Positions 26,394 through 35,035 of a stretch of DNA of 35,035 nt are shown here, in pieces. Position 1 is the first letter of the stretch; every line of letters begins with the position of its first letter. The stretch is from Verrucomicrobiota bacterium (GTDB taxonomy: Bacteria > Verrucomicrobiota > Verrucomicrobiia > Limisphaerales > UBA1319): NCBI GenBank assembly GCA_022709905.1, contig JAKLHY010000073.1:1-35035 (forward strand). The letters are read 5' to 3'. The position numbers and the translations under genes were made by a program. Under the pieces are notes generated by a model that saw only the letters and a list, made by a program, of their open reading frames with translations, ran no database searches and had not been told where the DNA came from.

Positions 26394-27158
26394 ATGCAAG
26401 TTTTTGAGGAAATCTGGACCGCGTCGATGGCACTGTGGAATCTACCGTTCACAGTGATGCTGCTCGTCGTGTTGTTTTACTGGGGGTTCGTGCTCCTGGG
26501 GATTTTCGATCTGCATACGGGTGACGCCAGCCTCGAGGTCGAAACGGGAATGGACGGGGCAGCGGACGCGGATGTCTCCGCAGACGCTGATATCTCTTCG
26601 GACGCCAGCGTCGAGGGCGGGGCCGAAGCGCACGGACCGGGAGATGCCGACGTTCATGCGGATGGAATGGGGGCCGAGAGTGGCGGTTGGCTCCACAGCA
26701 CCGGGGATTTTCTCCATGTGGGAGCCATGCCGGTCATGGTGCCCCTCAGTTTGCTGACCCTTTGCTTGTGGACCCTGGGAGTCGTTTCCACCCATTACTT
26801 GAATCCGGCGGGGCACTGGGGACTGGCCCTGGCGCTCACGGGGGGAAATCTGGTTTTGAGTGCCGTGCTGACGCGGTATCTGGGATGGCCCTTGCGCTGG
26901 CTGTTTACCGCCCTCAACAAGGACTATGACAGCATCGGGCCCCTTGTCGGCCAGATTTGCCGGGTCACCACCGGAGAAGTCACCCCCAAGTTCGGCCAGG
27001 CCACCCTCGAAACCCGTGGATCTCCCCTCACCCTGAATGTTCGCACCACCGGCGATGAGGTGCTCCACCGAGGCGATGAGGCCCTGGTGATTCAACACGA
27101 CAAGAAAACGGACAGCTACCGAATCACGCGCTTTAAAAACCTAAAACTGGAGGAATAA
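26394..27158 (+). CDS. NfeD-like / YqiJ-family membrane protein (N-terminal TM helices, acidic Asp/Ala-rich linker, C-terminal OB-fold-like domain)
   Basis: TM helices then a D/A/S-rich low-complexity loop, two more TM helices and a ~90-aa C-terminal beta-rich domain (…VTTGEVTPKFGQATLETRGSPLTLNVRTTGDEVLHRGDEALVI…), as in the YqiJ partners of YqiK flotillins. The ATG at 26394 is preferred over the longer 26322 ORF. The stop lies 5 nt before the flotillin ATG. Confidence 0.6.
   Translation: MQVFEEIWTASMALWNLPFTVMLLVVLFYWGFVLLGIFDLHTGDASLEVETGMDGAADADVSADADISSDASVEGGAEAHGPGDADVHADGMGAESGGWLHSTGDFLHVGAMPVMVPLSLLTLCLWTLGVVSTHYLNPAGHWGLALALTGGNLVLSAVLTRYLGWPLRWLFTALNKDYDSIGPLVGQICRVTTGEVTPKFGQATLETRGSPLTLNVRTTGDEVLHRGDEALVIQHDKKTDSYRITRFKNLKLEE
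27149..27154 (+). promoter_or_regulatory. Shine-Dalgarno GGAGGA 8 nt upstream of the flotillin ATG (inside the yqiJ-like 3' end)
   Basis: Read directly (ctGGAGGAataaacttATG). Confidence 0.5.
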
Positions 27159-27162
27159 ACTT

Positions 27163-29232
27163 ATGCTCGCGGTATCGACTTTTGGAAATGTTCTCATCAC
27201 GTTCCTTGCCCTGATCGGGGCGGTGGTAGCGGCAGGAATCGCCGTGCTCGTGGTCCGTTGTTATCGCAAAGTGGAACAGGGCCAGGCCTTGGTGCGAACG
27301 GGCCAGGGCGGCACCAAAGTCGCTTTCTCCGGCATGCTGGTCTTCCCCGTCATCCACAAGGCCGAATACATCAACATCTCCGTCCACCGGATCGAGATCG
27401 ACCGGCGCGGGACCGCCGGACTGATCTGCAAGGACAACTTGCGGGCCGACATCACGGTGGCGTTTTTTGTCCGGATCAACAAGACCGAAAACGACGTCCT
27501 CAAAGTGGCCCAATCCATCGGCTGTCAGCGCGCCTCCAACCGCGAGGCCATTGTGGAGCTGTTCGACGCCAAGTTCTCCGAAGCCCTCAAGACCGTCGGC
27601 CGGCGCTTTGATTTTGTGGAGCTCTACAATTCCCGCGAGGAATTCCGGGATACCATCATCAAAATCATCGGCACCGATCTCAATGGTTTCGTTCTGGAGG
27701 ACGTCGCGATCGATTACCTCGAGCAAACCAGCCTCGATCATTTGAATCCAAATAACATCCTGGATGCCGAGGGCATCAAAAAGATCACCGACCTCACCGC
27801 GACCCAGGCCAAACTGGCCAACCAAATTACTCGGGAAAAGGAAAAGGTGATCACTCAGCAAAATGTCGAAACCCAGGAAAAAATCCTCGAGCTCAACCGG
27901 CAGCTCGCCGAGGCCACCGAAAAACAAAAACGCGAGGTGGCCACCATCAAGGCTCGGGAAGAAGCCGAGGCCCGCAAGGTCGAGTTCGAACAGAAACTCC
28001 GCTCCGAACAGGCCCGCATCTCGACCGAGGAGGAAGTCCTGGTGGCGGAAGAGAACAAGAATCGCCAGATCATCGTCGCCCGCAAAAACAAGGAACGCAC
28101 CGAAGCCGTCGAAATCGAGCGCGTGGAAAAAGACCGCCTGCTCGAAGCCAATGAACGCGAACGCGTGGTCTCTCTGGCCCAAATTGAAAAAACCAAGGCC
28201 GTCGAAATCGAACAAAAGAAAATCCAGGACGTCATCCGCGAGCGTGTCATGGTCGAGAAAACCGTCGTGCAGGAACGCGAGCGGATTAAGGATACCGAGG
28301 CCTTCGCCGCCGCGGACCGGCAGAAAAAGGTGATTGTTACCAAGGCCGAAATGGAGGCAGAAGAAGGCCTGGTCAAGGAAATCAAGTCCGCCGAAGCCCA
28401 CAAAAAGGCGATCGAATTAACCGCCGAAGCCGAAAAATTCCGCCTGGTCAAACAGGCGGAAGCCGCAAAATCCTCCGCCGAAATCCACGCCGAGGAAACC
28501 ATCATCAAGGCCCAGGCGGGTCTGAAATCCGCCGAACTCGACGCCACCGCCAAGAAAACCCTCGCCCAGGCCATCACAGCCGAAACGGCCGCCCCCGGAC
28601 TCGGCGAAGCCCAAGTCCAGGAGGCCAAGGCCCAGGCCCTCGAAAAACAAGGCACGACCGAGGCCAAAATCATGCAGCTCAAGTTCCAGTCCGAAGCCGA
28701 TGGCATCAAACAAAAGGCCGAATCCATGAAACTCCTCGACGGGGTCGGACGCGATCACGAGGAATTCAAACTGCGCCTCAACAAAGAACGCGACGTCGAG
28801 CTCGCCTCCATCCAGATTCAAAAGGACATCGCCTCCAGCCAGGCCCTCGTGGTCAGCGAGGCCCTGCGCCACTCCCGAATCGATATTGTCGGCGGCGACG
28901 CGGCCTTCTTCGACAAGATCGTGGGCGCCATCAGCGCGGGCAAAGCGGTGGACCGGCTCCTGGACAACAGCCAGGCGCTCTCGGATATCAAACAAACCCT
29001 GTTCAACGGCAATCCCGACCAGTTCCGTCAGCAATTGAAATCCTGGATCTCCCAGTTTGGTCTGACCACGGAAGATCTCAAGAACCTGACCCTGGCCGCC
29101 GCCCTGACTCGCATGATGACCCTGAACACCGAGCCGAAGACCAAAGGCCTTCTGAATCGCCTGCTCGAATGGGCGCAACAACAAGGATTACACAACCAAA
29201 AGGTCAGCCAGTTCCTCGAAACCCAATCCTGA
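27163..29232 (+). CDS. Flotillin-family (SPFH/band-7) protein, YqiK-like, with a long Glu/Ala/Lys-rich coiled-coil
   Basis: N-terminal TM helix, SPFH core (…QALVRTGQGGTKVAFSGMLVFPVIHKAEYINISVHRIEIDRRG…DNLRADITVAFFVRIN…), an extended EA-repeat coiled coil and a flotillin C-terminal region. 689 aa. Confidence 0.85.
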   Translation: MLAVSTFGNVLITFLALIGAVVAAGIAVLVVRCYRKVEQGQALVRTGQGGTKVAFSGMLVFPVIHKAEYINISVHRIEIDRRGTAGLICKDNLRADITVAFFVRINKTENDVLKVAQSIGCQRASNREAIVELFDAKFSEALKTVGRRFDFVELYNSREEFRDTIIKIIGTDLNGFVLEDVAIDYLEQTSLDHLNPNNILDAEGIKKITDLTATQAKLANQITREKEKVITQQNVETQEKILELNRQLAEATEKQKREVATIKAREEAEARKVEFEQKLRSEQARISTEEEVLVAEENKNRQIIVARKNKERTEAVEIERVEKDRLLEANERERVVSLAQIEKTKAVEIEQKKIQDVIRERVMVEKTVVQERERIKDTEAFAAADRQKKVIVTKAEMEAEEGLVKEIKSAEAHKKAIELTAEAEKFRLVKQAEAAKSSAEIHAEETIIKAQAGLKSAELDATAKKTLAQAITAETAAPGLGEAQVQEAKAQALEKQGTTEAKIMQLKFQSEADGIKQKAESMKLLDGVGRDHEEFKLRLNKERDVELASIQIQKDIASSQALVVSEALRHSRIDIVGGDAAFFDKIVGAISAGKAVDRLLDNSQALSDIKQTLFNGNPDQFRQQLKSWISQFGLTTEDLKNLTLAAALTRMMTLNTEPKTKGLLNRLLEWAQQQGLHNQKVSQFLETQS

Positions 29233-29295
29233 ATTCCCCCAGGCTCATGCGATTCCGGCCGGTCGCACCCCGACCGGATCCAGCCTGATCCCTGA

Positions 29296-32200
29296 ATGGC
29301 TACCGATCTCTCAACCCAGCCGCCCCAGCCCGATCCGGCGGGCGGCGCCTCCGCCGCTCCCGGCCCCGTGGTTCTCGATCAGGGAACCTATGAGGTCCTC
29401 CGTCAACGCCTGCAACGACGACAACAGGAACTCAAAGAAAAGCTCCAGCAGCTTAATGCCGCCCGCAAACAGGTTTTCGGCACTCTCGAGTCCACCCTGG
29501 TCGCCACCGAGCACATCACCACCCCCAACAATTGCACGGCCTCGGACCTGGTGGCGGTCGGAGCCAATCGGTTTTTGTTTGGCTTCAACGTGTTCATCGG
29601 GCTCAAATCGCAAACGACTGTTAGGGACGTGTTTGCGGCTTACGAAAAACGCGACCACACCTTTTCGCCGCTTCCCCTCGACCTGATCGCCCACCGCGAT
29701 TTCGAAACCGATTTCCGCGAATTATACCGCTATTACAAGAATCCCACCTTCGTCAAGTTCTCGATCCAAGGACCTCGTCTGTTCATGCTGTTTCGCGTGG
29801 GCCAAAACGAGACCGACATCAAGACCTTCCAATGGCTGATCCAGGCCGACCAACTCCTCTACCAGGGCCACCGCGGGGATCATGAACTCCGAACGCCCCC
29901 CCAGCATGAGTTCGAGTGGAAACGAACCCACCGCGACTTTCACCGCGGCGGGAAATACCCCCACATCTCCATCGAGGATCGCGTCTTCGTCGAAACCATC
30001 GGCGGCGATCTGACGGTGAAAGTGGAGGACAACACGGAAACCGGCACCGGCATCTACTCCGAAACCGTCGAACACCGCGACCAAACCCTGGACGACGCCG
30101 AGGTGTTCTACAGCATCCTCGGACACCTGGTTCTCCTCAAAATCCGCCCCTACCAGGAGGATCGCTTTCGTTATCTGGTCTTCAACGGAAAACTCCAGCA
30201 GGTCCAGCGCATCGATGCCATCGAAGACGCCTGTGTGCTGCTTCCCCACGATCAAGGCATCATTTTTTCCAACGGATATTACCTCCAACTCGGCGAGTTC
30301 AAGCAGTTTCCCACCGGTCTGGCCCACATGGTCTTTGAACAACGGCTGGCCGCGCCCAACGGAGAGGATCACCTGTTTGTTTTCTACAACCGCCGGGAGG
30401 GCTTATACGTCTTGATGTCTTACAACATCATCACCCAAAAAATCGAGTCCCCCATCCTCTGCAACGGATACTGCCTTTTTCCGAATGGTGAAATGGCGCT
30501 GTTCCGCGCCGGCCACGAACCTCAAAAACACCACGCCCTGCAAATCTGGCACACTCCCTATCTGCACCCCGATTTCACCCTGGCCGCAACGCAAAAGAAG
30601 GACGATTTCCTCTTCAAACTCGGCAATGCCACCCTCGTCAATTGCATGTCCGAATGCCATGAACTCCTCGCCTTGCTCGAAAAAGAGGATTCCTACGGCG
30701 ATCTCTACGTCGACGTCGTCAAGGCCAGCTCCGAGGTGATGGACACTTACTTCTGGCTGGACCGTTCCGAGGCCTTCCACTTGCGCGCCACCCTCGAGGC
30801 GATCCGCGAGACCGCAACAGCCGCAATTGCCGAATTTGAAAAAGTCCGCAGGCTCAAACGCCAGGCCCAATCCGAATTCAACCGGATCGCGCAACAAGCC
30901 CGGGACCAACTGGAAACCGCGGCTCACGGACCCTTCAGCCATATCGATGACTATGTGCGCTGCCTCGGCCGTTTGCGCGGGCTCCGCGGTGAACTGGTCG
31001 GGCTTAAGGATGTCCGTTACATCGACATCGCCGGCGTGGAACAGCTGGAATCCGAAATCACCAGCCGCCAGGAGGTCCTTTCCCGCCAGTGCGTCGAGTT
31101 CCTCCTGGGCGACGAGGCCCTGGCCCCCTTCCAAGCCCGCGTCCGCCAGCACGAGGCCCGTCTCGCCGGCCTGGACAAAGTGGCTCTCGTCCGCCAGGAA
31201 GAACAGGCCGTCCAGCAAACCGCCGGCGAACTCGAGATGCTGATTGAGACCGTCAGCAATCTCAAGATCGATGATCCCACTCAGACCACCCGGATCATCG
31301 ATGGTATTTCGTCGGTCTACGCCCTCCTGAATCAGGTCCGCCACGCCCTCAAACGCCGGCGCCAGGAACTCCAAACCGTGGAGGGCGCCGCCCAGTTCAC
31401 CGCCCAGTTGCGCCTGGTCGAACAAAGCGTGGCCAATTACCTCGAAATCTGCGACACCCCCGAGCGATGCGAGGAATACCTCAACAAAGTCATGGTCCAG
31501 GTCGAGGAACTCGAGGGCCAATGCGCCGATCTCGAAGACTTTCTTCTCAAACTGGCTGAAAAACGGGAGGAGATCTACTCGGCGTTCGAGAGCCGGAAAC
31601 TCGCTCTGGTGGAGTCTCGAGGCCGCCGGGCCCAGGCGCTCATGGCCGCCGCCGACCGCATCTTCCAGGGTCTCCATCACCGCGTATCGCGATTTGAATC
31701 CGTCGCCGAAATCCACGGCTATTTTGCGTCCGACCTCATGGTCGACCGAGTTCGCGCCCTGGTGCGGCAACTGGCCGAGCTGAACGAAAACGTCAAGGCC
31801 GACGATCTCCAAACCCGCCTGAAGACCCTGCGCGAAGAGGCGGTGCGCCAGTTGAAGGATCGCCAGGAACTCTTTGTGCGCGGCCAGCCGATCATCCAAC
31901 TCGGCAAACACCGCTTCACGGTCAATACCCAGAAACTCGAGCTCACGGTCGTCCCGCGAGACCCGGATCTCTGTTTTCATCTCACCAGCACGGCGTTTTT
32001 CGAGACCATCACCGATCCCGAGCTCCTTTCCACCCGCCCGGTTTGGACCCAGGAACTCGTCTCGGAAACCCGAGATCTCTACCGGGCCGAATACCTGGCC
32101 TACCAGGCCCTCCGAGCTCTGGAAACCGCAACGGCCGAACCGACCGCTCCGCAAGCAGCCGCATGGTCCGACGCCGAATGTTTGGCCTTTGTCCAGCAGT

Positions 32201-34509
32201 TTCAATCCGGACGATATGCCGAAGGCTATGTCAAAGGTTTGCACGACCAGGATGCCGCGCGCATCTTGCGATGCCTCCTGAGCATGCGGCTGACCGCCGG
32301 AATGCTTCGCTATTCTCCCGCCTCGCGCGCTTGTGCCACCGTGTTTTGGCATTGCCAGAAACCTCAACTGCCGCTCCTGGCCGCTCATCTGAAGGGTCTC
32401 CGTGTCCGCCGGGAATTGTTTCCCCAACCATCCGCGCACCCCCCCTGCATCCAGGAACTCCAACAACACCTGGATGAGTTCATCCGCCAAACCGGGCTGT
32501 TCGATCCCACTGTCTCCCAGGAGGCCGCGGAATACCTGTTCTACGAACTCACCAGCCGCACACAATTCGTCATAAGCCGCGAAGCCACCCGGCTTTACCG
32601 GTCTCTTCAGGAACATCTGGCCCAAACCCATTCCTCGAACCGTTTGGAGGACTTGCTCCAGGCCGTCGCCACAGATCCCCTCAAAGCGATGCAACTCCTC
32701 CGGGATTGGATCACGGGATTCCTGCAAATCCAGGAGATGCCCGGATCCGAGGCTTTCATCGATGAAACCGCATCCCTGCTGCTTCGCCGCGGATTTGATC
32801 CCGGCGCGGTGGCCGACGCCAGCTTCCAGGCCACCTTGACCGGCATGGCCGGAACCCACCCCCTACTCGTCAACCAGAACTACGAGCTCAATTACCACGC
32901 GTTCCTTGCCCGTCTCCAACGCCACGAACGTGAAATCGTTCCCCTGTTCCGCCACTGGCAGGAACGCAAGGCGATCCTGCTCGAGAAAAAACGCCAAGCC
33001 CTCCGGCTCGAATCCTTCGAGCCGCGTGTCCTGAGCTCTTTTGTCCGCAACCGGTTGATCGATCGCGTCTACCTGCCGCTGATCGGCGACAACCTGGCCA
33101 AACAAATCGGCGTCGCCGGCGAGGAAACCCGCACCGATCGCATGGGACTGCTGCTTCTAGTCTCCCCGCCGGGCTACGGCAAGACCACCCTCATGGAATA
33201 CGTCGCCAGCCGCCTCGGCCTGACTTTCATCAAGATCAACGGCCCCGCCCTGGGCGCCCAGGTCACAGCCTTCGATCCCGCCGAAGTCCGCCAAGCCACG
33301 GCCCGCGAAGAACTCCGCCGCCTGAATCTGGCTTTCGAAATGGGCGATAACCTCATGATCTATGTCGATGACATCCAGCATTGTCATCCGGAGTTCCTTC
33401 AAAAGTTCATCTCGCTCTGCGACGCCCAACGCCGCGTCGAAGGAGTCTATGAAGGCCAGGCCCGCACCTACGACCTTCGGGGCCGCAAAATCGCCGTCGT
33501 CATGGCCGGCAATCCCTACACGGAAAGCGGCGAGAAATTCAAAGTCCCCGACATGCTGACCAACCGGGCCGATACCTACAACCTCGGCGATATCATCGCC
33601 GACGCGGAGGATGCCTTCAAAGAGAGTTACCTCGAAAACGCCCTGACCTCCAACCCCGTCCTCAACCGCCTCGCCAGCCGCAGCCAAAAGGATGCCCAGG
33701 CCGTGATCCAACTCGCGGGCGGTTCCCCCCGCGATGCGGTCGATTTCGAGGGCGCCTACTCCGTTCTGGAGCTCAACGACTTCGTCGCCGTCATGCGGAA
33801 GTTGATCCGCATCCGCGATGTCGTCCTGCGGATCAACCAGGAATACATTCGGTCCGCCGCCCAGACCGAGGCCTACCGCACCGAGCCCCCTTTCAAGCTC
33901 CAAGGATCGTATCGCAACATGAACCGCCTGGCCGAACGCGTCCTGCCAGTCATGAACGACGATGAGATCCAAGCCCTGATTCTGGATCACTACCAGAACG
34001 AAGCTCAAACTCTCGCCAGCGGGGCGGAAGCCAATCTTCTCAAATTTAAGGAAATCCTGGGGCTCCTGTCCCCCGCCGAAACCGAGCGGTGGAAAGAAAT
34101 CCAACGCACGTTCCAACGCAACCTGTTGTTCCACGAGGCCGGCGCACACGATCCTGTCGGCCGCATCGTCGCCCAATTGGCCGCCTTTTCCGAAGGCCTC
34201 GAATCCATCCGCTCCGCCCTGGCCAAACGCCCCCAGCCCGATCACCCCCCCGCCCATCCGGAGTTCCATGCGCCAACGATCCCGCAGTTGGACAAGCTGG
34301 CTCTGGAACTTGAGTCCCTCCGAAACACCATCTCGTCAGCCCTCCAGAAACAGACGCAACAACCTCTGTTCCGCCTCCAGGATCCCTCCCGCAAGGCCGA
34401 TTACGAAATCACCCAGGTCACCCAGGATACCCTCCGGAAAATCTGGGCGGTCATCGAAGAAGATCGGTCAGCGTCCCAAACGCCCCCCCCGGCTCCGCCC
34501 CGCGAATAG
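29296..34509 (+). CDS. Giant (1737 aa) multidomain protein: N-terminal ~470-aa beta-rich domain, ~800-aa coiled-coil region, and a single C-terminal MoxR/AAA_5-type AAA+ ATPase module
   Basis: Uninterrupted 5.2-kb ORF with a codon-usage-consistent composition. Walker A LLLLVSPPGYGKTTL (nt ~33160-33190). Walker B/AAA_5-like NLMIYVDDIQHCHPEFLQKFISL (nt ~33350-33420). Sensor-1 region RKIAVVMAGNPY and Arg-finger-like DMLTNRADTY. The middle region is heptad-rich (EAIRETATAAIAEFEKVRRLKRQAQSEF… through …LKTLREEAVRQLKDRQEL). The Pro-rich C-terminus contains a C8 tract. Confidence 0.8.
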   Translation: MATDLSTQPPQPDPAGGASAAPGPVVLDQGTYEVLRQRLQRRQQELKEKLQQLNAARKQVFGTLESTLVATEHITTPNNCTASDLVAVGANRFLFGFNVFIGLKSQTTVRDVFAAYEKRDHTFSPLPLDLIAHRDFETDFRELYRYYKNPTFVKFSIQGPRLFMLFRVGQNETDIKTFQWLIQADQLLYQGHRGDHELRTPPQHEFEWKRTHRDFHRGGKYPHISIEDRVFVETIGGDLTVKVEDNTETGTGIYSETVEHRDQTLDDAEVFYSILGHLVLLKIRPYQEDRFRYLVFNGKLQQVQRIDAIEDACVLLPHDQGIIFSNGYYLQLGEFKQFPTGLAHMVFEQRLAAPNGEDHLFVFYNRREGLYVLMSYNIITQKIESPILCNGYCLFPNGEMALFRAGHEPQKHHALQIWHTPYLHPDFTLAATQKKDDFLFKLGNATLVNCMSECHELLALLEKEDSYGDLYVDVVKASSEVMDTYFWLDRSEAFHLRATLEAIRETATAAIAEFEKVRRLKRQAQSEFNRIAQQARDQLETAAHGPFSHIDDYVRCLGRLRGLRGELVGLKDVRYIDIAGVEQLESEITSRQEVLSRQCVEFLLGDEALAPFQARVRQHEARLAGLDKVALVRQEEQAVQQTAGELEMLIETVSNLKIDDPTQTTRIIDGISSVYALLNQVRHALKRRRQELQTVEGAAQFTAQLRLVEQSVANYLEICDTPERCEEYLNKVMVQVEELEGQCADLEDFLLKLAEKREEIYSAFESRKLALVESRGRRAQALMAAADRIFQGLHHRVSRFESVAEIHGYFASDLMVDRVRALVRQLAELNENVKADDLQTRLKTLREEAVRQLKDRQELFVRGQPIIQLGKHRFTVNTQKLELTVVPRDPDLCFHLTSTAFFETITDPELLSTRPVWTQELVSETRDLYRAEYLAYQALRALETATAEPTAPQAAAWSDAECLAFVQQFQSGRYAEGYVKGLHDQDAARILRCLLSMRLTAGMLRYSPASRACATVFWHCQKPQLPLLAAHLKGLRVRRELFPQPSAHPPCIQELQQHLDEFIRQTGLFDPTVSQEAAEYLFYELTSRTQFVISREATRLYRSLQEHLAQTHSSNRLEDLLQAVATDPLKAMQLLRDWITGFLQIQEMPGSEAFIDETASLLLRRGFDPGAVADASFQATLTGMAGTHPLLVNQNYELNYHAFLARLQRHEREIVPLFRHWQERKAILLEKKRQALRLESFEPRVLSSFVRNRLIDRVYLPLIGDNLAKQIGVAGEETRTDRMGLLLLVSPPGYGKTTLMEYVASRLGLTFIKINGPALGAQVTAFDPAEVRQATAREELRRLNLAFEMGDNLMIYVDDIQHCHPEFLQKFISLCDAQRRVEGVYEGQARTYDLRGRKIAVVMAGNPYTESGEKFKVPDMLTNRADTYNLGDIIADAEDAFKESYLENALTSNPVLNRLASRSQKDAQAVIQLAGGSPRDAVDFEGAYSVLELNDFVAVMRKLIRIRDVVLRINQEYIRSAAQTEAYRTEPPFKLQGSYRNMNRLAERVLPVMNDDEIQALILDHYQNEAQTLASGAEANLLKFKEILGLLSPAETERWKEIQRTFQRNLLFHEAGAHDPVGRIVAQLAAFSEGLESIRSALAKRPQPDHPPAHPEFHAPTIPQLDKLALELESLRNTISSALQKQTQQPLFRLQDPSRKADYEITQVTQDTLRKIWAVIEEDRSASQTPPPAPPRE

Positions 34510-34523
34510 GGGGAGGCTTTTTT
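34492..34523 (+). terminator. Putative intrinsic terminator: imperfect GC-rich hairpin overlapping the stop codon followed by TTTTTT
   Basis: …GGCTCCGCCCCGCGAATAGGGGGAGGCTTTTTTAA; the arms CCGCCCC / GGGG(G)AGG pair with bulges; a T6 run follows at 34518-34523. Confidence 0.4.
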
Positions 34524-34578
34524 AACGGAAGTTCCTTTTGCAGGCAGAGCAATATCGCACGCAACCTCCTCATTCCAA

Positions 34579-35017
34579 TCACTTGAACCTGGACTGAGTG
34601 AGCTTCTTCTTAGTGGACTCGACCGTGCCGCGAGATCGGAGTTTCTTGGGTAAGACAATCCTGGCCAGTTCCGGCAGCTTGTTCACTTGGGGACGTCCTT
34701 CGGGGATTAATGGGTCTTTGACCTTGCCATTGACCACCACCTCCGTGACACGCAGGCCGCTCAATTGCTTGAAGCCCTCCTCGACGGTCAAATCTTCCCC
34801 GGCCCAAGCGTGTTGCTGTTTCTAAATCAATCGATAGGCCAGCATGACGACCAATACGAATTCGCGCGTGCTCGCCTCGAATCGCACATGCACCGGACGC
34901 AGTTCCAATTCCACTGTTTTTCACGTGCGGAAGTTCGCTTCGACCAGGCCAAATCCTTCTAGCCTGGATTTCCACGGAAAACCTTTTGGCTAAGCGAAAC
35001 TTAAGCTCAGTGCGCAT
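34579..35017 (-). pseudogene. Possible gene remnant: coding-like segments in two frames of the minus strand (135-aa ORF 34610..35017 and TTG-initiated 70-aa ORF 34579..34791) at the window edge
   Basis: The 70-aa frame (…LTVEEGFKQLSGLRVTEVVVNGKVKDPLIPEGRPQVNKLPELARIVLPKKLRSRGTVESTKKK…) looks protein-like but is preceded by an in-frame stop. The adjacent frame carries an overlapping ORF. No recognisable family. Confidence 0.2.
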
Positions 35018-35035
35018 TGTGCTGTAGATTTTCAG

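Noticed and set aside
27133-28401. 422-aa minus-strand ORF (and 27855..28727, 28417..29184) inside the flotillin gene
   Set aside because: They are antisense to the E/A/K-rich coiled coil, which yields F/L/G/D-rich nonsense. The flotillin frame is clearly homologous.
30403-32859. 818-aa minus-strand ORF inside the giant AAA+ gene (also 33157..34269, 370 aa; 29722..30372)
   Set aside because: These are shadow ORFs of a high-GC coding strand with G/D/E/L/A-rich low-complexity translation. The plus-strand frame carries recognisable Walker motifs and coiled-coil heptads.
1-35035. CRISPR arrays, rRNA/tRNA genes, integrases/transposases
   Set aside because: No regularly spaced direct repeats with unique spacers were found. 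No rRNA-like or cloverleaf-compatible segments were found in intergenic regions. No recognisable recombinase or transposase ORF was found; only the unclassifiable fragments at 34579-35017.

Overview
This is a 35-kb, high-GC (about 60%) bacterial chromosomal segment. The long secreted repeat proteins, proline and low-complexity tails and sparse Shine-Dalgarno usage suggest a Verrucomicrobiota- or Planctomycetota-like organism; this is inference only. Most of the window is housekeeping: an SDR-family epimerase, CstA, an NCS2-like permease, a MidA-like methyltransferase, tandem pilT/pilU ATPases, tlyA-nadK, a LacI regulator, an orphan family-5 ABC substrate-binding lipoprotein, pgk-tpiA-secG, an M50 protease and an outer-membrane beta-barrel. 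Three accessory regions stand out. (i) An ECF sigma factor fused to a transmembrane, coiled-coil and C-terminal domain. (ii) A 1138-aa secreted parallel beta-helix protein containing a near-identical internal tandem duplication (about 770 bp x2) and a G9 tract, flanked on both sides by a family of 16-bp perfect palindromes. (iii) The candidate novel system: a YqiJ/NfeD-like membrane protein, a 689-aa flotillin (SPFH), and a 1737-aa protein built of an N-terminal beta-rich domain, about 800 aa of coiled coil and one C-terminal MoxR/AAA_5-type ATPase module, with a divergently transcribed response regulator upstream. Many long minus- or plus-strand ORFs antisense to real genes are GC-composition shadows and were rejected. 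Start codons are uncertain for several genes; the ORF track uses ATG, GTG and TTG starts.
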